This document shows, piece by piece, positions 25,596-37,689 of a stretch of DNA of 64,000 nt. Each line of letters starts with the position of its first letter. Position 1 is the stretch's first letter. Position numbers and translations under genes: made by a program. A model generated the notes under the pieces. The model did no database searches and was not told where the DNA came from. It was given only the letters and a program-made list of their open reading frames with translations. Source of the DNA: Psammoneis japonica (Eukaryota); assembly GCA_008632985.1 (NCBI GenBank), contig QPGO01000004.1:744001-808000 (forward strand), written 5' to 3'.

Positions 25596-27444
25596 TCAGC
25601 TTTGTTTCCCTCCCTTGTCGTTTTCTTCCACCATTTTTCGTAACCGCTCAATTTCTTTCGCTTGCTCCTGAACCAGTTTCATCAATTGTGATAGATCCGA
25701 AACATTTTCCTTGTTTGTATCCACAGGGGCAGTAGAGTGCTCTGGGAGCTTCTTGCTAGCCACATTGTTTCGATCCAATTTGACATCACCACTAGAATCA
25801 GTATTCATCTCTCGCCTTGACGCTTCCACACCATCCTCTCGATCCATTTTAGTAGGAGGAGCCGGAGTAGGACTACTTTCCGGCGCCCAGTACGCATCGG
25901 GATGGTAACCGGAATAGGTGGTGGTAAGCAAGGCTTCGTTGAACATGGCTTGCAGTGTCACGACTGGTATTTCGTTTGGAACGTTGCGGAACGGATTCTC
26001 GAGCTCTCTTGCAACTTCATGGAGGCCGGCTAAACACGTGACAGTCAAGAAAGACAACACCGCACCCAACCATGATTCGGTTGTGTATTGATCCATCAAG
26101 AAGGGCACCGTCGGGACCACGGCCAATATGTAAAAGACGGAAATCTGCGCGTGTGGAAAAGGAAAGGGAATGTACATGATTTTTCGTGCGTGATTGTACA
26201 AGAGCATTCCGTCACCCATGAACTGTAGAGTAGGGAAAAAAACAACAGGTTATTGTCTTCGTCTTGCTGAAGATGCAACTGTAGCACGTAATGCTATTCC
26301 TACTATACCTGCATGACACGACTGATAATCGGTGGACCGACAATGCCGAGACTCCCCGCCAAGTGTTCCCGCGTGATGAATTCAGAAAGCCAGTGAAACG
26401 CCAACTGTGTCTTGGCGTAAGGACCTCGTGCCATTTGAAGGAATTTGATTTCACTGTCCGAGACTCCGCCGAGTACGTGAAGCGGTCGTGACGAGTTGTA
26501 CTTTGTTCGAGCTTCTGGGGTGCGGTCCGTGCTTAGCATGTACTTGGCAATAGACCAGAGAGTCCACTCTTTCTTTATATTGTCGACTTTGTCTGGATCC
26601 GCTTCTGGCCACGGAGAACCCGGTTCGTATACATCCAGAGGCGATTCTGCTCCCTCGACATCATTTCTTAGGGTCGACAAGGCAACGGCAGTCAAGAGAG
26701 ACGTCAGTGAGCGAGTTCTTGTAGGAATAAAGCTGGAGTCCTGCCGCCCTGTGTGCTTGCAAATCCCTGCTGCTGACTTTCACGCTGGTCCTGTTTGGGA
26801 GAAAAGTATGTGGCAGTATCGTCGTCAAACAATCCTTTCCATCCACCGTCTAATCGAGGTACTCCCATTAAAGGCGTCGGGTCTCCTTCACCAAAGGATC
26901 GTGAATCGCCACGCGATGAAATAACGTTGTTGCGTATTTTTGAATTCTCAATAAAATTGATGGATTTGTGAAGACGCATCCTACGCAAGTCGTCTGCTCC
27001 ATGATTGCTTCGTTCTACTTCATTTATCCCTCGTTCACGATCCCGAGTCAGTCCTAGCTTATTCAATTCAGGATAATCAAAGAAACTGGGCGGTTTGATA
27101 TGTTTGTAGTGATCACATTGCATATGATAAGCAGCCGTATGCGATGTTGCATCCATCCACTTGCTCATCATGTGAAAGGTAGCGCTGCAGGCTTCCCAAT
27201 ACCGTTGGTATCCAAAATTTGCTCGGAATACAATAAGAAACGACACACTCCCCACCAACACACCGATAGCATACGGATGAACCAGGTCTCGATCATCCAG
27301 ATCATTGTCGTTCCCGTATGCCTCGTGAATTATGAAATAAATCAAAACACTGAGGATTCCCGGAATCATGGCTCGATAAAGACCGGACCCATGGAGACGA
27401 AACAAAAGCTTGAGGCCAAAGGCGCCCTTATTGTAAATAATCAT
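25596..27444 (-). CDS. Bestrophin-like (RFP-TM) anion channel, tandem copy B; 2 exons, 1-nt frameshift at ~26706
   Basis: Collinear paralog of copy A (FLIVFRANFGYQRYWEA, ELENPF). Intron 26223-26308. ELAH[L]TSLL is broken by one missing base. Confidence 0.85.
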
Positions 27445-27995
27445 GATCAGTAAGGTGTTGTGGTAAGTGTAGTGGCGCTTTCTCCTCCTTCGTCTCGGCA
27501 GGCACTACTGCATGCTACCGTCGCTGTTATCGGAAGCTTTTGAGTTTTGAGATTTGGCACTCGACCAAAACTATTCGAAATGAACGGCCGGCCGGCGATT
27601 CGCGGAAAAAGAGACCCGGAGACGAGGATGTTTTATGAATTTTATTAATGTGCGTAGTTAAAGATTGAAAAAGACTTATTGGTCATTCTTTTATGAAGCT
27701 TCGTAAATGAAGGTTGTCAAATTTTTGTTCAACGGAATATACTCGTACGATTCTACATATTGTACAGTACGTGTTAGTTATGCGTAGCGCTGTGCGAAGA
27801 TTCCAGCACCTCTTTTTGTTCGTGCCAGACGCTTCACGGTACTCGATCGTCGTAGGATTCTACGCGTGTTCCGAAACGCGAAATGCTTCTCCCGGCGAGA
27901 GCAGCGCAGTGACTCCATCATCAAAACTGCACAACGAAGTGGAAGGACTGAACGCTGTTGTTGTCGTTGCTTTTTATTGTTTGTTTTAAAGCCTA

Positions 27996-29678
27996 ATGCT
28001 GTTTCGTCAATCACTCTGTGCTGCCCTCTTGGCAGGGTATGCCTATGGTAAAACGCCCGACAATGTTTCAAGTCGTTTGATGGTTCACGTAAGTATATCA
28101 AGTTCGTCCGTTGACAGGTGGCAAACGTGAAGCAGCAGCTTACTTGAAAGTCGCGCTATTGTGTATGTTGTATGCTCTGTTTAACACTCAAGCTGTACTT
28201 ATCGCTCCATCTTATAACAGATCCCACACAATCTGTTCAAGGAAGAAGGCTATGATCACCGCGAAGCTCTGTTTGGAGTACCTCCCTATGGCGGATCGAT
28301 TGCTCAGACTGTTTACTACGCTGACTCGGACTTGTGCGACCCCAACGTTGATACCACCAAGGGATATCCGGAGCGCGAAGACAGGTCTCCATGGGAGGCT
28401 CCCTACATTCTCATGGTGGACCGCGGCGCGTGTACCTTTGTTCAAAAGGTCCGCAACGCACAACGCTCGGGTGCTGCCGGAGTCATTATTGCAGACACCA
28501 CCTGTCTCTGCTCAGACGCCGAGTGCGTCAATGCGTCCGACACCAATGCTTGCGAAACGTCCGAACCCATCATGGCCGACGACGGTTCTGGATCTGACAT
28601 TTCCATTCCGTCCTTTCTCATGTTTAAGCGTGACGCCGATGCCGTCAAGAACGAACTCAAGGCGAATCGGCCCGTTCAGATTGAAATGGCCTGGGCCTTG
28701 CCCAGTCCCGACGATCGCGTCGAGTACGACTTGTGGTCTGTCCCGACCGACGTGGTGAGCCGCGAGTTTCTCAAGGGATTCAAGCAGGCAGCCATGTCCT
28801 TGGGAGACCGGGCGTACTTTACGCCGCACATGTATGTCTACGATGGACTGCGTTCGCACTGTCAAGGAAACGATGGAGAGAACATGTGCTACAACCTATG
28901 CACCAACAATGGACGCTACTGTGCGACCGACCCGGACAATGACTTGGAGCGAGGCATTTCGGGAGCCGATGTTGTCAAGGAGAGTCTACGCAGAATCTGT
29001 ATCTGGAAGCATTATGGTGAACAGGATGGCATTGGAGCCGAGTGGTGGGATTATGTCACTGAGTTTATGGAGAGGTGCAACAATCCAGACTACTTTATGA
29101 ATGAAGACTGTGTTAAGGATGCGTACAAGCATGCCAAAGTGGATGAATCCTTAATTACGCGATGCATCTCGGATAGCGGTGGACTCACGGCAGACGCTCC
29201 CAATGCCTTTTTGGATTTGGAGATTGGATCGCAGACGGAACGCGGTGTCGTTGTTTTGCCCACGGCCTTTGTCAACACGGCTGCTATTCGTGGCTCACTC
29301 ACCGTTTCCAATGTCTTCACCGCCATTTGCGCCGGATACGCCGAAGGGACTGTCCCGGAAATTTGTGACAAGTGCGCCATGTGCCCCGATCCGCAGTCTT
29401 GTCTCGCGAACAAGGGTGTTTGCAAGCAAGCTCCTGGAGGCGGTGGAAGCAGCGATGGAAGTGTGTCGACGCACACCTTTGCCATGTCGATGCTTTTCAT
29501 TATTGCACTCTTTTCAGGATTGGGTGTCTGGCACTGGAAAAAGACCCGTGAGGAAATGCGGGACCAAGTTAGAGGTATCTTGGCCGAGTACATGCCACTT
29601 GAAGACAATGGCGATGATGGTGCGCACCCCATGGACTTTGCCAAGCAAGGCGGAACCACGTCTCTTATATCCTCGTAG
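27996..29678 (+). CDS. VSR: Vacuolar sorting receptor (BP-80/VSR family); 2 exons
   Basis: Signal peptide MLFRQSLCAALLAGYAYG; FGVPPYGGS, PA domain MVDRGACTFVQKVRNAQ, CTNNGRYCATDP, TM helix, tail VRGILAEYMPL (YMPL sorting motif). Intron 28089-28220. Confidence 0.93.
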
Positions 29679-29869
29679 TTACAGTAGTAGTTCAGAGCAT
29701 GGATTGTGGGAGAGAACAATAATTGGATGACTCAAGGTTGTTTCTCCCCGTTAGTCTAGTTCTGTTAAAGTTTAAACCGATGCATGATTAAATCGACATT
29801 ATACTGCAATACATAATATGGACAGCAAAAAACAAATAGAACTAAAAATTATGGAAATGGATTTTTGAA

Positions 29870-30766
29870 TCAAACAAACTCGGGATTCGTTGGAGAGGAA
29901 TCGTCAGGTGCGGTCGCCTGTACTACAGCGTCTGTTTGGTCGGTAGACTGCTTCATGGACTGAAGTAGAGCATTGTTTTGACGGAGTTCATCACGAATCT
30001 CACGAAGAATGGTAGAAACGCCCTCATTGTCACCGTTCGAGCCGCGGTCCATCATTTCCATGGCTCGAGGAAGAGACGCGACTTCAGAAGTCGTGCTGGA
30101 GCGGCTGCGCTTCATGGCCCACACCAACTTCTTGAAGGAATGCGGGTCCTTGAGTCCCGAAATCTGAAGCTCCCGACAGCCCTGTCCACTTGATGCCGTG
30201 TCAATATTGACGGTGGAGAGGACATTCTGGATGCAGAGGCACGAGTTTCCAGCCGGCTCCTCAATATCACAGTCGGTAATCTTGTCAAACGGGACAGTCT
30301 TGCTACTCTTTCCCGCGTCAGTGCATGGCATACCCCAGCACGTGCGTCGCTTGTCGCGTACAAAGCGAATACCATCACGGGTAATGGCAACGTGTTGAGC
30401 CTTGACACTCCATGACACGTTCTTTCTCAGGTAGCAAGGGACTCCACAAAAGGTGGCAATCCAAAACAAGGGCTGATACAGAAATGTTGCCCCGTAGGAA
30501 ACCCAACCGATACTGGAGTAGAAGGCTTCCATGGTTTCGTAGTCAAAATCAAACACCGCGACCACGTCTTCGTCATCAAAAAAATCGTCTTGCCAAGTCA
30601 AATTCTGAGTTTCCGCAATGGAGCTGAACTCCTCTGGAACGGTGCGAATCGGTTGGTCGAGAACGAGAGACGAAGGCACGACGGTCGCGACAGGTGTATA
30701 ATTAACACCATCGCTCACGACGGTAGCCTTGGCTAGTTGCGCTTGTTGTGCTGTTTCCTTAGGCAT
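29870..30766 (-). CDS. Conserved-looking hypothetical membrane-associated protein (hydrophobic segment plus PH-like beta domain)
   Basis: 298-aa intronless ORF from MPKETAQQ; HVAITRDGIRFV, KTVPFDKITDCDIEEPAG, LQISGLKDP..FK..VWAMK. Confidence 0.7.
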   Translation of the reverse strand: MPKETAQQAQLAKATVVSDGVNYTPVATVVPSSLVLDQPIRTVPEEFSSIAETQNLTWQDDFFDDEDVVAVFDFDYETMEAFYSSIGWVSYGATFLYQPLFWIATFCGVPCYLRKNVSWSVKAQHVAITRDGIRFVRDKRRTCWGMPCTDAGKSSKTVPFDKITDCDIEEPAGNSCLCIQNVLSTVNIDTASSGQGCRELQISGLKDPHSFKKLVWAMKRSRSSTTSEVASLPRAMEMMDRGSNGDNEGVSTILREIRDELRQNNALLQSMKQSTDQTDAVVQATAPDDSSPTNPEFV

Positions 30767-31136
30767 TGTGTATCCTTTTCCTCTATTGTTTGTCAACGTT
30801 GTTTCTTTACGTATGTTGTTGCAAGGTTGTGGAAGTGGCACAGTTCCGCGATTTTGTGACGGCTGGAACACCGACGATGCAGGATTTTGAGTCGTGGAAA
30901 TTCTTACAGACAAAATGACACGACAAACAAACACAACGCAACACTCACATTATCGAAAATTCTGGAGGCGATCCGTTGAGATATTTTTTGACGATCCCAG
31001 GCAGGCCCATCAAAGACGCCGAGAAAAAGAGACGCCTTCTTTTTACACTTCAGCAAGCAGCAAGGACGTAGCACCTTTTTTGAGAAATCTTTAGTGGAAA
31101 CAGTAACTTTCGAAGCCCTGTAGTCACGGATGCGCC

Positions 31137-31595
31137 ATGAAACATTCATTGACCGCGGGGTCGTTGGCGACTGCTGCGGTAGTAGTTGAGGCAAAATCGG
31201 CGGTTGCTTTTGTCCCTCCTACTGAGTCTTCAAGGACTAAAGAACTGCCTCCGCACTCGGTACGAAAAATGAAGTTTCTAGACGATAGATCAAGCGGTGA
31301 CATTTTTGATCATGACGAGAGCATGAGCCGTCTTCAATTTCTTCGCAGGGGAGTGGTTTCGACGGCTGTCGCTGTCGTTGCCACACCCGAAGATTCTCAG
31401 GCTACGCCAGCAACGGCCTCGGGAATAACCAAAGCTTTTGCTGGGCGCTCGCTCTCTTCATTTTTTGACACCGGACAGAATGCCGATGCTAGTAGTGACA
31501 GCGAAAGCGACAGCTCCAGTGATGACGACTCTCAGAGCGACAGTAGCGAAGATTCGGGCAGTGACAACGTCGCTAATAATGTTATTGTAAATTGA
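31137..31595 (+). CDS. Small hypothetical protein with tripartite plastid/thylakoid-lumen-like presequence and Ser/Asp-rich mature part
   Basis: Signal peptide ending AVA-FVP; SRLQFLRR followed by a hydrophobic stretch ending SQA; acidic SD tail. Confidence 0.55.
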   Translation: MKHSLTAGSLATAAVVVEAKSAVAFVPPTESSRTKELPPHSVRKMKFLDDRSSGDIFDHDESMSRLQFLRRGVVSTAVAVVATPEDSQATPATASGITKAFAGRSLSSFFDTGQNADASSDSESDSSSDDDSQSDSSEDSGSDNVANNVIVN

Positions 31596-31938
31596 ATAGG
31601 CTGCTGCAATTTCTGACTGTGTGCTGTCTTGAGATGTTACTCATTACGGTAGTAACCAAATGGATTTTTAGCAAATTGAATGGGACTACACAGGGAGATG
31701 ACGCGACGGGACACAACTTTTTCCCGCTTGCCTTCTCGATAGACTTTTAAATCCTGCTTATAGCTATTCGCTTGTGCTAAACGATTATGCAGGTTGTCGT
31801 CGGTGGCTGACACCTGGTCCTAACCTTGCGCTACAAACACTAGTAGAGTAGACTAGAGAGTGGGATACAGTGAAAGCCTTTCAACAAAAGCAACTTTCAA
31901 TTAAAAAAAGGAAAACGTTAAAAGTTACAGTATTGTCG

Positions 31939-34900
31939 TTATCGCACTCCCCGGTAGTGTCGATTCATCTCCTGACGGCGACGATCATCCATCGCTTGTT
32001 GCTGCTTCTTCAGCTGCCGGAATCTCTGCCGAATCGCCATGCAGTTCGGCACTGGACACGTAGTGGCTTTGCATTGCCGAGCATGAAGCTGAAGGAGGGC
32101 CCAAATTCTCTTGCATACGTGACATCCACCAGTCGCTTTCACTTGGCATTGACTTCCGTGTTTCAGCAGTCCTTTCATTTTCGTACAATTAGCCGACGGA
32201 CACTTCGGATTAGCGCAGGTGGCAGCATGGAGGAGTAGGGTCATGTGGAGCTGGATCGATCTCTGGCGTTCTTTCCGCTGAGCTTCGGTCAGCTCGCTTT
32301 GCTGCCCGCTGGCGACTGGTATAGGCTTAAGAGGGTGGGGATGGCGTGGACTATTCGGGTTCGAGACACAATCGTGGCACTGATCGAAGTCTGCACAAGT
32401 TGGGCAATGGTAACGATAGCCCGTAAGGATCTCACGAGAGCAAGTAGCACACTGCTGCACGAACTTCGGGGCTTCCCTATTGTGCAAATGCCACACCACC
32501 ATCATTGATGAGTGCTTGGCTCGTCTGAGTTGGTCGAACTGGTAGTGATTACCCTGGCATAAGTTGAGGAAGGCTTGACGGTTGTTGAGGAATTCACAAT
32601 CCATTTCCTCCAAATCATCGTCAATGACTTTCACGAGACGTCCCTTGCTGTCTTTCACGGTCATTCTAGTGGAGGCTGGATCGACGTCTTTTTTGGCGTC
32701 TTTCTCGTTTGGAACAGGCTCCTTCGGCTTTCCCTCTAAATCACGCTTTCTCGCCGCCATTGCCGCAAACTTTCCGCTTCTCTCACTTGCGACATTCTCT
32801 TTACTGGGAGCCTTTGCCTGTGGCGCTTCGGCCCCTTTCTCCGTCACAACTGCTTTCTTGTCAGCGGTGACGGGGGCATCAGATGATTCAACAACCGCTT
32901 TTGGACTTGCTTTTGCTTCCCCGTCTATTTCCATAGGTTTCGGGCCTGCGTCTGGTATGGGCTCTTCCGGCTTAGCAGATTCCTCTTTCGTAGCTGAAGC
33001 TCCTGGCATACTCGCTTCGACAGTCTGGTCCGGCACGCCTGCAACTGGCTTAGTCGCATCTCCGCCGACAGGCGCCTTCGGCTGTTCCGTCTGAGGCTGA
33101 CTCGGCACAGCGTCCGATTCATTTGAGACAGATGCCACGGCTTGGGTGGAATCGCCGTTACTAGGCTGCGCCACTGCTATCTTATTCGAATCGATATCCG
33201 CACTCTGATCCGGCCCTGATACAGTGGTATTGTTCGACTCTACATTTGAGGATGAAGCGGCAGGTTGAGCTGGAGTTGATGAAGCAACGGCGACGGGTGC
33301 CGTAGATGAATCCTGACCGGCTGCCACAGGCGCTGGTTCGGTGCTGGAGCTTTCCTGCTTTACAGGAGTATCCTTAGACGGCTCTTGCGAGGCAGGCGTC
33401 TCATCGGACGCGCTTGGAACGATTTCGGTCTTGGTTGATGGTACCTCTCCATTCTTCACTTTCGCGTCGCTATTCGCCACTGCGCCAATGCCATTCTTTT
33501 CACGATATTCCTGGATCTCCTTTGGGACCACTAGATCCTCAGGCTTCGCACCTTCCCAGCTCAAGTACGCGACGATGAAACTTTCCTTCATGGGCTGGAT
33601 CGTATCGCCTAGTTTGGCCATCACGAAGTCCCTGCCACCTTCCTGTAGGCTTTTCGTTTCTACGCCCGGACGAAGAATACCGCTTGCTGCTAAAGCCTCT
33701 TCATCAATGCCCGTCGATCTCGTGCCACCCCTCCCTGATTTTTTCTTGTTCTTCGGTTTAGAATTACCTTTCTTCTTCTTGCCAGCAGCGCTTGATTTCT
33801 TTCCCGTCCTCCCTTCTTCGAGATCCTTAATAATGTTTTCGGCCTCGGCAGGGAAGTAGTCTCCGTCCATGTAGGGAACTATAGTGGCGTCGTTCTTCTC
33901 ATTAGCAAAGTAGAGATCGTACATATTAGTAAGCTTGCCCACGATTCCTCTCTTCTGGCACTCCACCAACATGTCAATATACCACTGACGAAGACGATCA
34001 TCTTTTGGAGTTTTCTGGTCTTCTGGTTTCGCGTAGAGGATATAGTCATCGCCTTTAAGCGGGGGGCACGCCCAGATGTGTGCGGTTGCGAAACCCTTCT
34101 TCCGTACGTAATCCAAGTATGCAATAAGAATTTCGTGGTAGATAAATGTTCGCATGCTCCTGGGTCTCATGTAATGAACGCTGTCAAGGTATGAGATATA
34201 CACCGTCCGCTTGTTCGGCTCTGGGTTTTTCTCGTCATGCTCGTACACGTATAGACCAAACAGAATAACATCGACTCCGTCCAAATTCTGGAACACAACA
34301 ACACACTTGCAACGGAATGTGAATTCATCGGGATAGTTCTTGAATGCGTAACGACGTTTCATTCTCTCGCGGACCTCCAACTTTCGATCCATGGACGTCA
34401 CTTGACGGATTGTGATAGGACCACCCATGGCGAGGCCTTTCTTCGCCTCCTCCAGCGGAATTTTCTTTCGATTTGTTCAAAAAGAAAAATCAATGAGTCA
34501 CAGCGACAAACAAAAGATTGGACAATCCTACAGTGTCCCGTCCTCCTTACCTCCGATTCTGCTTTTTCCTTCGCCGCCTTCTCGAAATAAGCGTCCACCT
34601 TTTCTCGCACATGGTTTTCCAACTTCTCGGAGAGCTTGGTTCTCGGCAAGTCTTCGGCCATCGGTGTGGTTGAAGTACCATCGACTACACCTTTCTTTTT
34701 CCTTTCATCAATAGTGCAGCGTGGGCAAGTGTATTCAGAACGCTGATCTTTGTTCTGTCTTGTGTTAAACAACGCACAAATCTGATGAATCCACCTCTCG
34801 CATTTATCACACTGTACCCAGCTCTCTTCATGAACCTCGTCGTTCTTTTTCTTCGTCAAAGTCGTCTTCTTGACGCTTCCCTCAGCTAAATCGATACTCC

Positions 34901-37689
34901 CGTCGGGCAGCTCACCGAAACAAAGGTGACACCAATGATACTGGTTGTTCGCGGTGACGTAATAGTAGCTATTCCTTCGTATTCTTTTGGACGGGCAATT
35001 AAGGCCATTGCAGTAAAAGACAGGGGGCTCAAAGAGAAGCTTCTCGCAGCCGCAAAGAAGGCAGGCTTCGCCATTCTTTCTCTTCGCATCTTCTTCCATG
35101 TTCAACTGTCGAATAAGCTGCTCATAGTCTGCCTGAAACTTGGCCTTCATTTCCTTCGCCATGTTGTGCACGACAGAGCCTTCTGGGTTGTACAACATGG
35201 CGTTATCGAATGTAAGAAGAACGTGCGCTTCGAAGTCGTCGATTGAATGATAACAACCATTCTCGAGTCGCTTCTTGATCGTCCCGAGATCCATTGGTTT
35301 CTTGATAACTTCGAAATAGTCGTGCAATCCAAGCTCGACAGGATCCACGGGACTATTGAACACCCATCCATGCTGGTGGGACTGAAGTACCTTCAACACT
35401 TCGAGACATTTAGTTTTGAGCTTTGCCGGTGCAAGTTGCAAACCTTTGTTTAAAGAAGCAATGTGCGTCTCGATCTGCTGAATAGTGAAGCAATTGATGA
35501 GAGTATGATCTTCTTGCGGTTTCGGTCCCGAATGCTTCGGCATAATTACTTGTCCATTCGAAAAAGCAAGTCCAGGCGCTCCCGGTCTTGCCACACCCGG
35601 CGCCGCGCCAGGTGCTGCGCTCTGCGGGTGACTGTATACGTAACCGGCTTTCACGTTTGGGTTCAACGTTGCGCCCTTAGGAGCAACCCCGTGCGATGAT
35701 GGCTGAGGAAGAGGCTGCTGATTCTGAACCACAGCTCCGCCTTGATAAGCTGGTACCTGTCCAGCTACTGCAACAGGAACAGAAGAATTCGTTTTCCTTC
35801 GTTTTGAAGCTGGTAGTTCGGCCCCGGCGGGTATAGCACCCGATTGAGTTGCACCTGGCTGAGTCAACGCCCCAGATGCAACTGCCCCGCGTTGCTTCGC
35901 TGCGTCGGTACTTGCCATTTGTGTCTGTTGGACAGCTTGTTGATGCCGCTGCTTAAGAGCTTGCATCTGCTTCTGTTTCTCGTGACTCCGATGGATCGCC
36001 TCTCTCACGGGGCCGCAAACAGGACATCTAACGTCCTTGCACCTATGGTAATGGCTCAGAACGTACCTAGAACTCACGCAATGCGGAACGAGGCATTTTT
36101 GGTCCTTGCATTCTGCGATGTGCTTCCACAGTCGTTTCATACCAGCACAGTGCGGCGTAACAGGGCATCTGCCGTCCTCGTGCTGACACTTCGCCGCATG
36201 TCGCAATAAGAGTAGACGTTGCTGCTGGTGTCGCAACACCTGCTGGCGATCAGAAACATGCCGAGCTGCGTTTCCGGCTTGAGCACCATTTGCCGTAGAC
36301 GGAGCTTGACCTGGAGCTGCTGATGGTGCAGCGGCAATGGCTGTCGCGGGCGCGGCAGCCGGCACGCCTGCCTGCTGAGGTGTGACTTGTTGCTGGTAAT
36401 TTACATTTTGTGCATTCTGCGTTGTGCTGCTGGATAAGGTGCTACTCGCCGGTGCCGAACTTGATCCCCCCATAATTGGATTTATATCTGACATCGTCAC
36501 AATCTGTCGCTGTGGTGGCTGCGTTGGCACTTGCGCTTGATTCTGTGGCTGCTGCAAGGTCACCTGCTGAGGTTGCTGAATAGGCTGCTGCATCGATACA
36601 GCAGGAGCAGCACTAACCTGCTGTGCTTGCAGCGCCTGAGCTTGTACCGTCTGAGCCTGAGGCTTCAGCGGCTGTTGTCGTTGCTGTTGCTGAGGTTGCT
36701 GTTGCGCCTGATACTGTTGTTGCTGCTGTTGCGTTGGTTGATACTGCGCTTGCTGCTGTTGAGCCTGGTACTGTTGCTGCTTTTGTTGCTGGGCAAGCTG
36801 TGCCTGCTGCTGCATCTTCTTCGTCTTCATACCGATATTCACCGCGAGCTGTTGAAGTCGCTGTTTCAAAGTAGATGCATCATTGTATTCATTAAACGAT
36901 TTTGCTGATCGGTAGAGAGACTCCTCTAATCGTTTCGCCATCTGTGGTAGCTTCTTCAACCATTCTTGCGGCGCGTTGGGTTTGCGCTGCTGCAAAAGGT
37001 GCACACTATGGGCGAAAAGGTCATAAGAGTTTCACTCCTATCGAAACAAGGGTAACGAGGCAAGTACAATCAGGTGCTTACATTTTCGCAATCATTTTCC
37101 GTCTTTCCTGCACGTCTTTGTCACTCTGCCACCCGCCGTTCAGTCCCTGATGCGGAAAGTGCTGCTGTTGTTGAGGTGCAGCTTGAGATGGAGCTTGCAT
37201 CGCTTGCTGTTGTATATTACCATTGGGTCGATGAAGCTGTTGTGGCTGCTGTGCCTGAGGTTGATGAGGATGCTGTGGCTGCGGCTGGATACCTTGCTGC
37301 TGCGGTTGCTGCATCTGCGGCTGTTGCTGCTGCAACTGCATCTGCTGCTGGTACTGTACATGCTGAGCCTGCTGTGCTTGCTGCGCCTGTTGAACCTGCT
37401 GTTGTTGTTGATGTTGTTGTTGCTGCTGCTGCTGCAAATTTACCGGCTGAGAAGTCGTAGCTGGGGTAGGAGCAGGAGTGGCTGCTGGCATTTGAGGTGC
37501 TGCAGGCAGTATCGACTGTTGTTGCTGTACACTCGCAGGAGCTGGTACATTTCCCGTAGTCACTGTCATTGGAATCCCTGCATTGTTCGTTGTAGGAGCC
37601 GGAGCGGGCACAATTGATGGACCTGCGGATATCTGGTTATTCGGAGCGCTTGCTGGAGGCAGTGGCGGCGGCGCACTTGGACTTTGCAT
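31939..37689 (-). CDS. CBP/p300-type (KAT3) histone acetyltransferase; 3 exons
   Basis: Gln-rich N-terminus, Med15/KIX-like domain, TAZ ([10 protein letters not shown]), bromodomain ([24 protein letters not shown]), PHD, HAT ([24 protein letters not shown]), ZZ, TAZ2. Introns 37006-37081 and 34465-34550. Confidence 0.96.
36670..37435 (-). repeat. Coding CAG/CAA (polyGln) low-complexity tracts within CBP/p300
   Basis: Runs of tgc/tgt triplets on the + strand at ~36670-36815 and ~37200-37435. Confidence 0.85.

Noticed and set aside
26223..26308. TPP or yybP-ykoY riboswitch identity for the conserved intron
   Set aside because: The TPP core (CUGAGA, ACCUG) is absent; only short GGAAUAGC/AGCAAGAC resemblances to yybP exist, without its core architecture.
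36531..37617. Leu- or Ala/Val-rich plus-strand ORFs
   Set aside because: They are antisense shadows of the polyGln tracts in CBP/p300.
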